In this document: positions 62,801 to 64,000 of the stretch, in pieces
How the letters are laid out: every line of letters starts with the position of its first letter
Position numbering within the stretch: the stretch's first letter is position 1
Position numbers and translations under genes: made by a program
The notes under the pieces: model-generated
The model's database searches: none
What the model was told of the DNA's origin: nothing
Seen by the model: the letters and a program-made list of their open reading frames with translations, nothing else
Assembly (NCBI GenBank): GCA_964016885.1
Contig: OZ024744.1
Span: 44,702,001-44,766,000, forward strand
DNA: 64,000 nt
Source of the DNA: Eledone cirrhosa
Taxonomy: Eukaryota
Reading direction: 5' to 3'

Positions 62801-63329
62801 GTATTAAGGAACTTACGTATTTGTATTAAGGACTTACTCCAGATTATATGTATATATATATGTGTGTGTTTTATTTCATTTCAGCAAGAAAAGATTCCTA
62901 ATTTCTCATGAAAATGCATTATCCTGTAATGAATCAGTCGGCTGGTTAATGATTGACACCGATAGAGATACCTGTCCTTTCAATACACCTGGTAGGGACC
63001 CACATATATTTTACTCTAACTTGTCAACACGGACACACTGGATGAACGGTAAGTAGTCAACATTAAAGATCATTTGTAAAGATAGCAAATATTTCAACTG
63101 AATTTATTAGCAATATTAAACTTTGGAGTACCACATTGAAAACATAGCTCATGATATTAAAATAATTTTGAAAAAATCAATTTATAGGAGGGATGTAATA
63201 ATACAATTAACTATTTCATTATTAAGATGATGTTTGGAGCATAACTTAATAAAGGTTCTTGTATAAGAATATGGCGCAATGTTTATTGCATTAATTGCAA
63301 TCAGAGTAGCATACAATACATTACATACA

Positions 63330-64000
63330 TGAAGATAGTCTGCTACATAAAAAGTTTGATAATTTATTGCACTTTATATCTGTTTCTTCCTGGCATGAGA
63401 TCTCAAATGGCTTCTGATTCCTGAAAGCCTGTGAAATACCTGTCTTCAAATAATACAATATTTCATTTCGTTCTTGTTTCCACTTTGTGTTTACTTATTG
63501 TATATGTTCAGATGTCACTTCAATCCACCACTTGAGCTGCAAATTTTCTGACAAACATAACACTGGAACTGATTCTTTGCAATGGAATTTGAATAGTCAA
63601 CTTGGACTTTACCATCGTGTGCTCATTGGTGTGACTTCATGCCAGCATTCAAAAGACACACCTTAAGGTGCAGAGAGTATTTAACAACCAATAATGGATA
63701 AGATCTATGATTATTTCTGTTGATCTCATTCTTCCACACTTTCCTTTTCAGTTCTACATGTTTTGCCCTCTCCATTTCAAATGTTTTAACTCGACTCCAA
63801 ATGACATCTCTCCAGGCCTCTCTATCTACTACATATGATTCAAGATTTTTCTAGGATATGTTGAAGCGTTTTAAGTTCACTTTTAGAGAGTCTCTGTATC
63901 TCTTCCTTGGCTTACTATTTATCCTTTTGCCCAGTTTGAGTTCGCCATAAAATATTTTCTTGAGGATACGTCCATCACCCATACGAATCATGTGATCTGT
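63330..64000 (-). mobile_element. Decayed RTE/BovB LINE 3' portion
   Basis: Minus strand HMIRMGDGRILKKIFYGELKLGKR..PRKRYRDSLK..DREAWR, a typical RTE C-terminus; continues beyond the window. Confidence 0.8.

Overview
Eukaryotic, AT-rich, microsatellite-laden genomic DNA that is almost entirely transposon-derived. The SINE cores, (TA)/(TG) load and a mollusc-type exon suggest an octopus or other cephalopod (inference). There are three zones. (1) 1-17 kb: a (TA)n-rich zone of Penelope-like elements (PLEs), foldback palindromes and a dense cluster of minimal type-I hammerhead ribozymes (seven recognisable, several more decayed). It includes a ~433-456 bp tandem retrozyme-like repeat with an octamer motif ~80 nt upstream of the ribozyme. 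(2) 17-29 kb: decayed RTE LINEs and SINEs, one host exon (19507-19664), a hAT transposase fossil and three R4/Dong-like remnants bordered by (TACA)n. (3) 29.1-61.9 kb: a ~33 kb array that looks like a single (TAA)n microsatellite inflated by serial insertion. It holds two R4/Dong-like families (always + strand; one intact 1130-aa ORF), three Tx1-like L1-clade elements (always - strand; two full-length) and a shared non-coding unit lying upstream of both full-length R4-like copies. Most short ORFs in the track are simple-repeat or antisense artefacts.
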